Source of the DNA: Vicinamibacterales bacterium
GTDB taxonomy: Bacteria > Acidobacteriota > Vicinamibacteria > Vicinamibacterales > UBA2999
Direction of reading: 5' to 3'
Assembly: GCA_050247355.1 (NCBI GenBank)
Contig: JBFWUK010000015.1
Coordinates: 25,821-89,820 of the forward strand
Length of the DNA stretch: 64,000 bases
The position numbers and the translations under genes were made by a program. The notes below the pieces were generated by a model, which was not told where the DNA came from, ran no database searches, and was given only the letters and a program-made list of their open reading frames with translations. This document shows positions 9,003-18,716 of this stretch, in pieces (position 1 is the first letter of the stretch; every line of letters starts with the position of its first letter).

Positions 9003-12000
9003 ATGAGCATGCATTCTCACGATCATCCCGTTCCGCCGGCCGCGACCGGACTCGACCGCCGCGAGTTTCTTCGCGTCAGTACCGCCGTGGCCGCCGCCGG
9101 CGCGCTGGCCAGCGCCGGCTGCCAGGTGCCGCAGGAACTGACGGTGCCGTTCCACGACATGCCCGAGAGCCTGGTCGACGGCTTGGGGCGCGCCCGCTTC
9201 TTCCACACCGTGCTGCATGGCTCGCCGGTCCTGGTGCGCACGCGCGAGGGCCGGCCGATTCTGGTGACGCCGAGCGCAACCGATGCCAGCGGCCGCGGCC
9301 TGAGCGCCCGGCACCACGCCGCGTTGATGGACCTCTACGATCCCGATCGCGCCCGCGGCCCCGTGTCGGTTCGGCGCGGCACTGGCGTGACCGTGGCATC
9401 GAGCTGGAACGCCATCAACACAGATGTCGTGGCGCGACTGAAGGCCGCCGGCCCGAAGGCCGTGCTCCTGACCGGTCCGATCGACAGCCCGGCGCTTGGG
9501 TCGGCCATTGCCGCGCTGGTCGCGCAGACCGGCCTGCGTCACGTGGTGTGGTCGCCGCTGTCGTGTGACGCGGCGAACGAAGCATGGCAACGGGCTTTCG
9601 GCGATCCGCGAGTTGCGCGGCCGCGGATTGGCCAGGCCGATCTGCTGCTTGGTCTCGGCGCCGAGTTCCTGGATCGGCCGGACGAAGGCTTCGAACGCGA
9701 GTTCGCGGCGCGGCGTTCGCCCGACCAGTCGGGCGGGGCGCGCATGAGCCGATTCGTCCAGATCGAGGGCCGGCTCACGCTGACCGGCGCCAACGCCGAT
9801 CGCCGGGTGCGCGTCCGCGATTCGCACCTCGCCGCCATTGGCGCGGCCCTGGCACACGAACTGATCGTGGTCCGCAAGCTCGGCCCGCTGGCAGCGGATG
9901 CCGCGGTCGCCGAAGCGCTGGCGCCCTACAGCATCCAGGCGGTATCGACCGCCACCGGCGTGAGCGCCGACGTGCTGCAGTCGCTTGCCGGTGAACTGGC
10001 CGCCGCGGCCGGCAAGGCAATCGTGGTCGCCGGCGGATCCGCCAGCGCCGCCGCCTCGGGCACCGTGCTCGAGTTGGTCACCGCCCTGCTGAACGTCACG
10101 GTTGGTGCCTTCGATGCCGGGCTGTTCGACGCCACCTCGACGATGGCGCCGCCGGTCAATGGCGTGGCTGCGCTGACCTCGCTGACCGCCGACATGGCCG
10201 CCGGCCAGGTGCAGGTGCTGCTGATTGCCGGGGTCAACCCTGTCTATGACGCGCCGGCCTCGATCGACTTCGCGTCCGCTGCCGGCAAGGTGCCGTTCGT
10301 GCTGTCGCTGAACGACCGTCTTGACGAGACCGGCAGCCTGGCCGACGCGGTGGCGCCGATGAGCCACCCGTTCGAGTGCTGGAGTGACGCCGCCCTGCCG
10401 AGGGGCGTGTTCGTGGTGCAGCAGCCCGTGATTCAGCCGCTGTTTGATACCCGGGGCCCCCTCGACCTGTTCGTGGAGTGGGCCGCCGCTCTCGGCGACC
10501 CTGCCGCGGCGGCGGTGGTTACGGCTGCCACCGCCGTCACGGCGGCGCCGCCGCCGGCAACCGCGCAACCGGCGGAGAGTACGAGCCTCGGCTGGCGTTA
10601 CCTGCGCGCGCAGTGGGCAGCGCGGCTGAATGTCGAAGCAGCCACGACGGCGTTCGACACGGCCTGGCACGAAGTGCTGCGCACGGGCGCCTGGCAGGGG
10701 ATGCCGAGCCAGGCGGCGACGCCGGTGTTCTCGCCCGCGGCGTTGGCGATGCTGGCCACCCTGCCGCCGGCTACCGAAGCGGCGCGCGGACTCGAATTGC
10801 AGCTCTACCCGCACCTGGCCCTCGGCGATGGCCGCGCCGGCAACAACGGCTGGCTGCACGAGTTGCCGGACCCGATCACGCGCATCACTTGGGGCGGCGC
10901 GCTGTCGATCGCGCCACGCCGCTTCGACGAGATGGGCCTGGCTAACGGCGACTTGGTGGAAGTGGATGCCGGCCACGGCAAGCTGGTCGTGCCCGCCTAT
11001 CGGCATGCCGGCATGCATCACGACCAGGTGGCGTTGCCGTTGGGTCTGGGCCGCACGGCGTGCGGCGCGATTGGCGCCGGCGTTGGACCCAACGGGTTCG
11101 CGTTGCGCCTGGCTGCCGGCAGCCGCGTCGTGTCGGCGGGCCTGCCGGTCACGATTCGCAAGGTCGAGGGCCGCGAGGCGCTGGCGGTGGCGCAGGGGTC
11201 GGATGTCATCGACCGGGCCAGCCGCCCGATTGTGCCCACCACCACGCTGACCGCCTACGAGCAGAACGCCGCGGCCGGCACCGAACAGGTCAAGGGCGGG
11301 CCGTCGATGTGGCCGCTGCATGAATACGGCAAGACGCGCTGGGCGATGACCATCGATCTCAGCAAGTGCAACGGCTGCGGCAAGTGCGTGGTCGGCTGCC
11401 AGTCCGAGAACAACATCCCGGTGGTCGGCCGCCAGGGCATGCTCGACGGCCGCGAGATGTCGTGGATACGCATCGACCGCTACTACGACGCGCCGAAGAA
11501 GGACGGCGGCTGGGACGCCGAGGTGTGGGACGGCCCGCTCGACGTGGTCGAGGAGCCGCAGACGCTGTTCGAACCCATGCTGTGCCAGCACTGCGAGAAC
11601 GCGCCGTGCGAAACGGTGTGCCCGTTCGTGGCGACGATGCACAGCGAGGAGGGCGTCAACCAGCAGATCTACAACCGCTGCGTCGGCACCCGCTACTGCG
11701 CCAACAACTGCCCGTTCAAGGTGCGGCGCTTCAACTACTTCGAGTACAGCAAGCCGCAGGAGAGCGCGTTCTTCCGCTGGCTGGTGCCGCGGATCGAGCG
11801 CAACGCCGAGGTCAACACCCGCGAGCCGATGCAGCTGAAGAACAACCCCGAAGTCACCGTCCGCAGCCGCGGCGTGATGGAGAAGTGCTCGTTCTGCATC
11901 CAGCGCGTCAACGCGGCGCGGTCCGACGCGGCGCGCGAGGGACGGCCGAAAGACGGCCTGCCCGACGGCGCGGTCGTGCCGGCGTGCATGGAGGCGTGCC

Positions 12001-12152
12001 CGACCGGCGCCATCAGCTTCGGCAACGTCAACGATCCGGCGTCGCAGGTCGCGGCGCAGGCGTCTCATCCGCGGGCGATGAAGCTGCTCGACGCGCTCGG
12101 CGTGAAGCCGTCGGTTTCCTACCTGACGAAGGTGCGCAATGACAAAGCCTGA
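9003..12152 (+). CDS. actB: ACIII subunit ActB (fused molybdopterin-like and 4Fe-4S domains)
   Basis: 1049 aa. TAT signal [19 protein letters not shown]-terminal ferredoxin motifs [37 protein letters not shown] and [10 protein letters not shown]. Confidence 0.9.
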   Translation: MSMHSHDHPVPPAATGLDRREFLRVSTAVAAAGALASAGCQVPQELTVPFHDMPESLVDGLGRARFFHTVLHGSPVLVRTREGRPILVTPSATDASGRGLSARHHAALMDLYDPDRARGPVSVRRGTGVTVASSWNAINTDVVARLKAAGPKAVLLTGPIDSPALGSAIAALVAQTGLRHVVWSPLSCDAANEAWQRAFGDPRVARPRIGQADLLLGLGAEFLDRPDEGFEREFAARRSPDQSGGARMSRFVQIEGRLTLTGANADRRVRVRDSHLAAIGAALAHELIVVRKLGPLAADAAVAEALAPYSIQAVSTATGVSADVLQSLAGELAAAAGKAIVVAGGSASAAASGTVLELVTALLNVTVGAFDAGLFDATSTMAPPVNGVAALTSLTADMAAGQVQVLLIAGVNPVYDAPASIDFASAAGKVPFVLSLNDRLDETGSLADAVAPMSHPFECWSDAALPRGVFVVQQPVIQPLFDTRGPLDLFVEWAAALGDPAAAAVVTAATAVTAAPPPATAQPAESTSLGWRYLRAQWAARLNVEAATTAFDTAWHEVLRTGAWQGMPSQAATPVFSPAALAMLATLPPATEAARGLELQLYPHLALGDGRAGNNGWLHELPDPITRITWGGALSIAPRRFDEMGLANGDLVEVDAGHGKLVVPAYRHAGMHHDQVALPLGLGRTACGAIGAGVGPNGFALRLAAGSRVVSAGLPVTIRKVEGREALAVAQGSDVIDRASRPIVPTTTLTAYEQNAAAGTEQVKGGPSMWPLHEYGKTRWAMTIDLSKCNGCGKCVVGCQSENNIPVVGRQGMLDGREMSWIRIDRYYDAPKKDGGWDAEVWDGPLDVVEEPQTLFEPMLCQHCENAPCETVCPFVATMHSEEGVNQQIYNRCVGTRYCANNCPFKVRRFNYFEYSKPQESAFFRWLVPRIERNAEVNTREPMQLKNNPEVTVRSRGVMEKCSFCIQRVNAARSDAAREGRPKDGLPDGAVVPACMEACPTGAISFGNVNDPASQVAAQASHPRAMKLLDALGVKPSVSYLTKVRNDKA

Positions 12153-13635
12153 GAGGAGTCCCTACGCCACCGTCATGGACGACAGCCAGCTGACCGGCCG
12201 GCCGATCGTGGTGCCGGGCGCCGGCCCGTACGGCGGTGATCTCGAGATCGCCGAACCGCTGGTGACCGGCGGCAAGACCTGGGCCGACGTCGACCGCGAC
12301 ATCTGCATGCACGCCGAGCAGTTCCCGACGCGGCGGTGGTGGCTGGCCTTCGGCGTGGCGCTGGCGTTCCTCAGCCTGCTGGTGTTCTCGCTGATCACGC
12401 TGTTCTACGTCGGCATGGGCGTCACCGGCGTCAACCAGCCGGTCGGCTGGGGCTCGTTCATCATCAACTTCGTCTTCTGGATCGGCATTGGCCACGCCGG
12501 CACGCTGATCAGCGCCGTGCTGTTCCTGTTCCGGCAGCAGTGGCGCACCGGCATCAACCGCGCCGCCGAAGCCATGACGCTGTTTGCCGTCGCCTGCGCC
12601 GGCATCTTCCCGGTGATTCACCTTGGCCGCGCCTGGTTCGCGTACTGGCTGGTGCCGTATCCGAATGCCCGCGGGCCGTTGTGGGTGAACTTCAACTCGC
12701 CGCTGGCGTGGGACATCTTCGCCATCTCGACCTACGGCCTGGTGTCGCTGGCGTTCTGGTATCTCGGCCTGCTGCCCGACCTGGCCACCGTGCGCGACCG
12801 CGCCACCCACCCGTGGCGCAAGAAGCTCTACAACGCGATGAGCTTCGGCTGGAACGGCTCGCACCGGGCGTGGCGCCACTACGAGTCGGCCTACATGGTG
12901 CTGGCCGGGCTGGCCACGCCGCTGGTGTTCTCGGTCCACACCATCGTCTCGTTCGACTTCGCCACCTCGGTGATCCCCGGCTGGCACACGACCATCTTCC
13001 CGCCGTACTTCGTGATCGGCGCCATCTTCTCGGGCTTCGCCATGGTCATCACGCTGATGACGTTCATGCGCGGCTACTTCGGCCTGAAGAACTACGTGAC
13101 CATCAACCACATGGAGGACATGGCCAAGGTGCTGATGCTCACCGGCATGCTGGTCGGCTTCGCCTACTCGACCGAGTTCTTCATGGCGTGGTACTCGGGC
13201 AGCGAGTGGGAAGGCTTCATCTTCAAGAACCGCGCCTTCGGGCCGTACTGGTGGGCCTACACCATCATGTTCACCTGCAACGCGATCATTCCGCAGTTGT
13301 TCTGGTTCAAGGCGCTGCGCCGCAACACCTGGGTGCTGTTCGTGGTCTCGATCCTGGTGAACGTCGGGATGTGGTTCGAACGCTACGTGATCGTCGTCAC
13401 CTCGCTGCACCGTGACTACCTGCCCTCGTCGTGGGGCATGTATGCGCTGACGTTCTGGGATTACGCGATCCTGCTCGGCTCGTTCGGCCTGTTCTTCACG
13501 CTGTTCCTGTTGTTCGTGCGCTTTCTGCCGGTGGTGGCGATCTCGGAGGTGAAGGGCGTGATGGATCCGCACGTGGCGCGCGCGCGCCGCGACCAGCCGG
13601 CTCTGGTGCCGGCGCTGCAGGAGGTGCAGCCATGA
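12139..13635 (+). CDS. actC: ACIII NrfD/PsrC-like quinol-interacting membrane subunit ActC
   Basis: 498 aa polytopic NrfD-like protein ([23 protein letters not shown]). Overlaps actB by 14 nt. Confidence 0.9.
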   Translation: MTKPERSPYATVMDDSQLTGRPIVVPGAGPYGGDLEIAEPLVTGGKTWADVDRDICMHAEQFPTRRWWLAFGVALAFLSLLVFSLITLFYVGMGVTGVNQPVGWGSFIINFVFWIGIGHAGTLISAVLFLFRQQWRTGINRAAEAMTLFAVACAGIFPVIHLGRAWFAYWLVPYPNARGPLWVNFNSPLAWDIFAISTYGLVSLAFWYLGLLPDLATVRDRATHPWRKKLYNAMSFGWNGSHRAWRHYESAYMVLAGLATPLVFSVHTIVSFDFATSVIPGWHTTIFPPYFVIGAIFSGFAMVITLMTFMRGYFGLKNYVTINHMEDMAKVLMLTGMLVGFAYSTEFFMAWYSGSEWEGFIFKNRAFGPYWWAYTIMFTCNAIIPQLFWFKALRRNTWVLFVVSILVNVGMWFERYVIVVTSLHRDYLPSSWGMYALTFWDYAILLGSFGLFFTLFLLFVRFLPVVAISEVKGVMDPHVARARRDQPALVPALQEVQP

Positions 13636-14180
13636 CCCCGACAACGATGGCCGGTGTGCTCGGCGACTTCTACGAGCCGGCCGAGGCCGTGCGCGCGGCG
13701 AAGCAGGTGCGCGCCGCCGGTTGGACCCAGTTCGATTTCCTGACGCCGTTCCCCATCCACGGCATGGAACAGGCGATGGGGCAGAAGCGGTCGTGGGTGC
13801 CGTGGGCGACGGCCGGACTGGCCGTCGGCGGCATCCTGTTCGCGCAGGCGCTGCAGAACTACGTGATGGTGTGGGACTGGCCGATGAACTTCGGCGGCAA
13901 GCCGTACGCCTCGTGGCCGGCGTTCATTCCCATCACTTTCGAGGCGATGGTGTTCTGGGCCGCCCTGGGCACCGCCGCGATCGCAATCATTGCCGGGAAG
14001 AAAGACACCGTGCCACAACCGCCGCCGGGAGCGCCGACCGGCGCCACCGTCGATCGCTTCGTGCTGTGGATTGCGGCCACCGACCCGAAGTGGGACGCCG
14101 CCTCGGCGGCCAGTTTCGTGTCGTCGCTCGGCGCCGACCGCGTGCGGCTGGTCGATGCCGATGGAGGCCTTCATGCGTAA
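13632..14180 (+). CDS. actD: ACIII membrane subunit ActD (DUF3341-like)
   Basis: ATG at 13632 (ATGA overlap with actC). [43 protein letters not shown] followed by two TM helices. Confidence 0.8.
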   Translation: MTPTTMAGVLGDFYEPAEAVRAAKQVRAAGWTQFDFLTPFPIHGMEQAMGQKRSWVPWATAGLAVGGILFAQALQNYVMVWDWPMNFGGKPYASWPAFIPITFEAMVFWAALGTAAIAIIAGKKDTVPQPPPGAPTGATVDRFVLWIAATDPKWDAASAASFVSSLGADRVRLVDADGGLHA

Positions 14181-14832
14181 GTACATAACCGCGGCGGCGT
14201 TCGCCACCACGGCCGTCTTCGCGGCCGGTTGCGACATCGGCCTGCCGGCCGGCCGGTCGCCGCACGTCGAGGGCAATCGCCTCGACATGGTCGATCAGCC
14301 CAGGCCGAAGCCGCAGGGCGGCATGCTGGCCGGCGCGCTGGCGCCGCCCCCGGGCAGCGTGGCCGTGGGCGAGGTACCGTATCCCTTTGCGCAAGACCAG
14401 GCGGAGCAGGCCGGCGCGGCGCTCGTCAACCCGCTCGAGCCGACGCCCGCGGTTCTGGCGCACGGCAAGTTCGTCTACGAGGGCGTGTGCATCACCTGCC
14501 ACGGCCCCCGCGGCGCCGGCGATGGTCATCTCACCGCGCTCTTTCCCAAGCCGCCCAGCCTGATGACCCAGCGCGTGCGCGACTGGCCCGACGGGCAGTT
14601 GTTCCACCGGCCCATGCGCGGCCAGGGTTCCATGCCGAGCCACTCGCGCCAGGTCGATGCCAACGACGTGTGGTCGGTGGTGCACTACATCCGGCAGATG
14701 CAGTCGGTTGAAGCAGTTGCGCCGGCCGCCTCCGCGGCTCCTGTTCCCGGTGCCGCTACGGCGGGGCAGGCCTCCGCCTCCGCGGCTCCTGTTCCCGGTG
14801 CCGCTACGGCGGGGCAAGGAGTCAAGCCATGA
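14173..14832 (+). CDS. actE: ACIII monoheme cytochrome c lipoprotein ActE
   Basis: Lipobox FAAGC, one CITCH motif, and GSMPSH. Overlaps the actD end. An alternative start exists at 14161. Confidence 0.8.
   Translation: MRKYITAAAFATTAVFAAGCDIGLPAGRSPHVEGNRLDMVDQPRPKPQGGMLAGALAPPPGSVAVGEVPYPFAQDQAEQAGAALVNPLEPTPAVLAHGKFVYEGVCITCHGPRGAGDGHLTALFPKPPSLMTQRVRDWPDGQLFHRPMRGQGSMPSHSRQVDANDVWSVVHYIRQMQSVEAVAPAASAAPVPGAATAGQASASAAPVPGAATAGQGVKP
14726..14816 (+). repeat. perfect 43-nt direct repeat (14726-14768 and 14774-14816) with a 48-nt period, inside the actE 3' end
   Basis: Read directly. Duplicates SAAPVPGAATAGQ in the Ala/Pro/Gly-rich C-terminal tail. Confidence 0.9.
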
Positions 14833-16043
14833 GTCATTCACACCCTGTCGTCCCGCCGCCGGTTCCCGAACGGCTGGCTTTGCCCGCCGTCGTGCGGGGC
14901 CTGTCGCTGGCCGCCGCCGCCGGCGGTGCCGGTGCGCTGGCCTGGGCGTTCACCAGCGGCCACGAGCAACTGGCGTGGAGCGCCTATCTAATCGGTGCGT
15001 TCTTCGCTCTCGGCCTGGGCGTGTTCGGCGCGCTGTGGCTGTCGATCCTCTATCTCACGGGGGCGACGTGGTCGGTGACCATGCGCCGCATTCCCGAGGC
15101 CATGACCGCCTGGCTGCTGCCCGGCGGCGTGTTGGCCATGGGTGTCGGCCTTGGCGCGCACTCGCTCTACGAGTGGTCGCACGTGGATGTGGTCGCGGCC
15201 GACGAACTGCTGACGCACAAGGCGCCGTTCCTGAACATGCAGATGTTCACCGTGTTGATCGGCGTCAGCCTGCTGCTGTGGGTGGCGTTCTCCGCGCTGT
15301 TCGTGCGCAACTCGCGCCGGCAGGATCGCGACGGCGGCACCGCCGCCACCAACGCCAGCCGCACCGTCTCGGCCGTGTTCCTGGTGGTCTTCGCCATCAC
15401 CATCAGCATCGTGTCGTTCTACTTCCTGCTGTCGCTCGACGCGCACTGGTTCTCGACGATGTTCGCGGTGCTGGTGTTTACGGATGTGATGCAGACCGGG
15501 ACCGCGTTCGTGGCGGTGGTGGTCGGGCTGATGGTGGCGACCGGCAATCTCAAGGGCTTCGTCAACGAAAACCACATCCACAGCCTGGCCAAGATGGTGT
15601 TTGCCACCACCGGCTTCTGGGCCTACATCTACTTCTGCCAGTTCATGCTGATCTGGTACGCCAACCTGCCGGAAGAAACGGCCTACTTCCTGCGGCGGTC
15701 GGCAAATGGCTGGCTGCCGTACTTCCTGGTGTTGCCGCTGTTGAAGTTCGTCGTGCCGTTCCTGCTGCTGTTGCCGCGCGACGCCAAGCGCAATCCGGTC
15801 AGGCTGGTGCCGGTCGCCATGCTGATCATCTTCGCGCAGTTCTGGGAGCTCTACGTGATGGTCGGGCCGGCAATCGGCCACGGTGCCGAGGCTGCCCACG
15901 GCCGGCTGCCGTGGATTGAGCTGGCGACGACGCTCGGTTTCCTCGGTCTGTTCACGCTGGTGTTCGGCTGGTCGCTGGGCCGCCACTCGGCAGTCCCGCT
16001 GAAGGATCCGGCCCTGGCTGAGTGCCTGGCCTATGACTCATAG
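14829..16043 (+). CDS. actF: ACIII membrane subunit ActF
   Basis: 404 aa polytopic protein in the canonical position after actE, with an ATGA overlap. Confidence 0.8.
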   Translation: MSHSHPVVPPPVPERLALPAVVRGLSLAAAAGGAGALAWAFTSGHEQLAWSAYLIGAFFALGLGVFGALWLSILYLTGATWSVTMRRIPEAMTAWLLPGGVLAMGVGLGAHSLYEWSHVDVVAADELLTHKAPFLNMQMFTVLIGVSLLLWVAFSALFVRNSRRQDRDGGTAATNASRTVSAVFLVVFAITISIVSFYFLLSLDAHWFSTMFAVLVFTDVMQTGTAFVAVVVGLMVATGNLKGFVNENHIHSLAKMVFATTGFWAYIYFCQFMLIWYANLPEETAYFLRRSANGWLPYFLVLPLLKFVVPFLLLLPRDAKRNPVRLVPVAMLIIFAQFWELYVMVGPAIGHGAEAAHGRLPWIELATTLGFLGLFTLVFGWSLGRHSAVPLKDPALAECLAYDS

Positions 16044-16707
16044 CGCGCACCTGGGCGTTGACCTCGACCTGCTCGGCTTCCTGGTGCTGGGCCTGTTGGG
16101 TAGCGTCGCGCACTGCGTCGGCATGTGCGCGCCGTTCGTGATGGTGGTGTCGCGCCACTACACGCCGCCGGCCGGCCACCACGCGGTCGCCATGGCACAG
16201 GCCTGGTACAACACCGGCCGCATCATCACGTATGTCTTGCTCGGGGCCGTGGCCGGTTCGCTGGGCCACGCCGTCGATCGCGCGGGCGCGTGGATGGGGC
16301 TGCAGCGCACGGCGGCGACGGTGGCGGGTGGCGTGCTGGTAGTGTGGGCGCTCGTTACCCTGCTGGACCTGGGCCGGCGGTCGCCCGAGGGCGGCGCGCT
16401 GTTTGCGAGCGTGGCCCGTCGCATTCGCGGCCGCGTGCCGGGACATCCCATCCTGATCGGCATGTTCCTCGGCCTGTTGCCGTGCGGGCTGTTGTACTCC
16501 GCGGTGCTCGCATCGGCGACCCAAGGCGGGATGGCACAGGGCGCCACCGCGATGGCGGTGTTCGGCGTCGGTACGGCGCCGGCGCTACTTGGCCTGTCGC
16601 TGGCCGACCACCTGATCGGCAGCCGGCGGCCCCTGCTCAATCGCCTGTCGCACGCGTTCGTGCTGGTGATGGGATTGTGGTACTTGTGGCGCGGCTTCGC
16701 GGCGTGA
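16033..16707 (+). CDS. DsbD_2 / TauE-SafE-like membrane protein with an HCxxMC motif
   Basis: 224 aa, about 6 TM helices. Motifs SVAHCVGMCAPF and LLPCGLLY. Resembles the family often found beside ccoS in cco clusters. Overlaps actF by 11 nt. Confidence 0.6.
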   Translation: MTHSAHLGVDLDLLGFLVLGLLGSVAHCVGMCAPFVMVVSRHYTPPAGHHAVAMAQAWYNTGRIITYVLLGAVAGSLGHAVDRAGAWMGLQRTAATVAGGVLVVWALVTLLDLGRRSPEGGALFASVARRIRGRVPGHPILIGMFLGLLPCGLLYSAVLASATQGGMAQGATAMAVFGVGTAPALLGLSLADHLIGSRRPLLNRLSHAFVLVMGLWYLWRGFAA

Positions 16708-16783
16708 CAGCGTCGCAGCCGCGAGGGACCGGCGCCGTGCCTGCGATCTTGACCGGCACTCGTCCCGGACGAGCGCCGGCGAA

Positions 16784-16819
16784 TTAACACCGCTAACAAC
16801 CTCTTAACGCCGGGTTAAC
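16784..16819 (+). promoter_or_regulatory. four helically phased (T)TAAC direct repeats upstream of the S41 peptidase gene
   Basis: TTAAC at 16784, CTAAC at 16793, TTAAC at 16804 and TTAAC at 16815, giving 9-11 nt spacing. TAGGAT at 16836-16841 lies 12 nt before the ATG. Confidence 0.3.
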
Positions 16820-16853
16820 CACCGCGCGCTGCCGCTAGGATAGGGTTGGCGGC

Positions 16854-17771
16854 ATGCCCATGCTGCTTGCGATTCTGCTCGGTCTTGTCCTCCAGCCGCC
16901 AGCCCCCCCCGTCCCCGCTCTCGACTCGATGCTCGACGCGCTGACGGCGGCGCTGCAGGAGCGTTACATCGATGCCGACGTCGCCGAGCGCATGACGGCG
17001 GCGATTCGCGCCGACGAGGCCGCCGGCGTCTACGCCGCCATGGGCTCGCGCGCCGGGATCGCCCAGGCGCTCACCCAGCGCCTGCAGGGCATCAGCCGCG
17101 ACAAGCACCTGCGCGTGTTCGACACCCCGCCGCCGCGGCCGACCATGGCCACGCGGCCGGTGGTTGGACGAGTCGAGGTGCTGCCCGGCAACGTTGGTTA
17201 CTTGCAGGTGCCGAGCTTTGTCGCGTCTCCGGCGGAGGCGGCGCCGCTGTTTGCCGGCGCCATGCGGACGGTGGTGGAGACGGGCGCGTTGATCGTCGAC
17301 GTGCGCGGCAACGGCGGCGGTCAACCCGGCACGGTGGCCTTGCTGGCGGCGTACTTCCTCAAGCCCGAGCCGGTGCTGCTGGCCACCATCGACAACCGCT
17401 TCCAGCAGTCCCGGGTCGAAAGCCGCGCGCCGGCCGCCGTGGAGGGACCGCGATACGGGGAGTCGCGTCCGGTCTACGTGCTGATCGATCGCCGCACCGC
17501 CTCGGCGGGCGAGTCGCTGGCGTACTTCCTCCAGGCATCCAGGCGGGCGACGGTCGTTGGCGAGCAATCGGCCGGCGCCGCCAACCCGGGCGGCATCGTC
17601 CGGCTGCCCGGCGATTTCGCGGCGTTCGTGCCAACGGGACGGGTAACCAATCCCGTGACCGGATCGAATTGGGAGGGCACCGGCGTGACGCCCGACATCG
17701 TGACGGCGAGCGCCGATGCGCTCGACGCGGCGATCAAGGTCGCAATGGCGGCCGTCAGGCGTCCGGGCTGA
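16854..17771 (+). CDS. S41 family (tail-specific/IRBP-like) peptidase
   Basis: 305 aa. Motifs VDVRGNGGG and LIDRRTASAGESLAYF are typical of S41. Confidence 0.75.
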   Translation: MPMLLAILLGLVLQPPAPPVPALDSMLDALTAALQERYIDADVAERMTAAIRADEAAGVYAAMGSRAGIAQALTQRLQGISRDKHLRVFDTPPPRPTMATRPVVGRVEVLPGNVGYLQVPSFVASPAEAAPLFAGAMRTVVETGALIVDVRGNGGGQPGTVALLAAYFLKPEPVLLATIDNRFQQSRVESRAPAAVEGPRYGESRPVYVLIDRRTASAGESLAYFLQASRRATVVGEQSAGAANPGGIVRLPGDFAAFVPTGRVTNPVTGSNWEGTGVTPDIVTASADALDAAIKVAMAAVRRPG

Positions 17772-17867
17772 CGACGCAGGCGGCGGTTCGGTCGGCTGCC
17801 GGACCTCACATCAGGCCTGGGCCGGATCGGCGCCTCGGATAAGATCGGAGCAGGAGGCCGCCAAGCG

Positions 17868-18284
17868 ATGAATGTCGACGCTCTCGAAAGAGTCCGGGCC
17901 GCGGTGGCGACGATCCGCGCGGCGCTGCCTGGCGTCCAGGCGATTTACTGCTTCGGCTCCACGGCGGCGGCCACGGACGCGCCAGGTAGCGACCTCGACC
18001 TGGCCGTGCTTGCTTCTCAGCCGTTGGATCCGGTCGTGCGGTTCGATCTCCAGGAACAGCTGGCCGCGGTCGTCCGCCGCCCGGTGGATCTGGTCGATCT
18101 GCGATCGGCTTCGCCGGTCATGGCTACGCAGGTCCTGGGGGCGGGCGAGTTGCTCGACGACGCCGATCCAGAGGCGCGCGGGCTGTTCGAAGATCGGGCC
18201 CTGGGCTCGTACGCGCGGCTGAACGAAGAGCGGCGGGGCATCCTGGAGCGCGTTGCCGCCGAGGGCTCCGTCTATGGCCGATGA
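17868..18284 (+). CDS. mntA: MntA-type nucleotidyltransferase antitoxin
   Basis: 138 aa. FGSTAAATDAPGSDLDLAV matches the GS...DxD nucleotidyltransferase motif. Overlaps the HEPN gene. Confidence 0.8.
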   Translation: MNVDALERVRAAVATIRAALPGVQAIYCFGSTAAATDAPGSDLDLAVLASQPLDPVVRFDLQEQLAAVVRRPVDLVDLRSASPVMATQVLGAGELLDDADPEARGLFEDRALGSYARLNEERRGILERVAAEGSVYGR

Positions 18285-18681
18285 CGTCCTGCTGAACAAG
18301 GCCGCCGCCATCGAGCGCGCGGTGGCACGCGCCCGCGAGGAGTATGCCGGCGACGACGCGAACCTGCTGCGCAATCAGACGCGCCAGGACGCGATCATCC
18401 TGAACCTGCAGCGGGCATGCGAGAGCAGCATCGACGCCGCCATGCACCTGGTGCGGGTCCATCGGCTCGGCATCCCTCAAGAGACGCGCGAGGCGTTTGA
18501 CTTGCTGGAACGTGCCGGCCACCTCGATCCCTCGCTGGCAACACGTTTGCGCAAGATGGTCGGGTTTCGGAATGTAGCCGTTCATGACTACCAGAAACTG
18601 AATCTCGATGTCGTGCGGGCGATCCTGGTCGAGCGGTTGGACGACTTCCTCGAGTTCACGCGCCTGTTGCTCAAGCCGTGA
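18274..18681 (+). CDS. hepT: HepT (DUF86/HEPN) toxin
   Basis: ATG at 18274 inside track ORF 18253..18681. HEPN Rx4H motif RNVAVHDY. 11-nt overlap with mntA. Confidence 0.8.
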   Translation: MADDVLLNKAAAIERAVARAREEYAGDDANLLRNQTRQDAIILNLQRACESSIDAAMHLVRVHRLGIPQETREAFDLLERAGHLDPSLATRLRKMVGFRNVAVHDYQKLNLDVVRAILVERLDDFLEFTRLLLKP

Positions 18682-18690
18682 CCCGCGGCC

Positions 18691-18705
18691 CGGGGCAATG
18701 CCCCG
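18691..18705. terminator. GC hairpin CGGGGC-AAT-GCCCCG between convergent genes
   Basis: Perfect 6-bp stem read directly, 10 nt after the hepT stop and 12 nt after the NHL gene stop. No U-tract. Confidence 0.3.
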
Positions 18706-18716
18706 AGCCGCCGTCG

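Noticed and set aside
8982-13644. 1028-aa and 538-aa ORFs antisense to actB and actC
   Set aside because: Shadow ORFs. They have no motifs and low-complexity Arg/Ala/Gly content, and they fully overlap well-supported genes.
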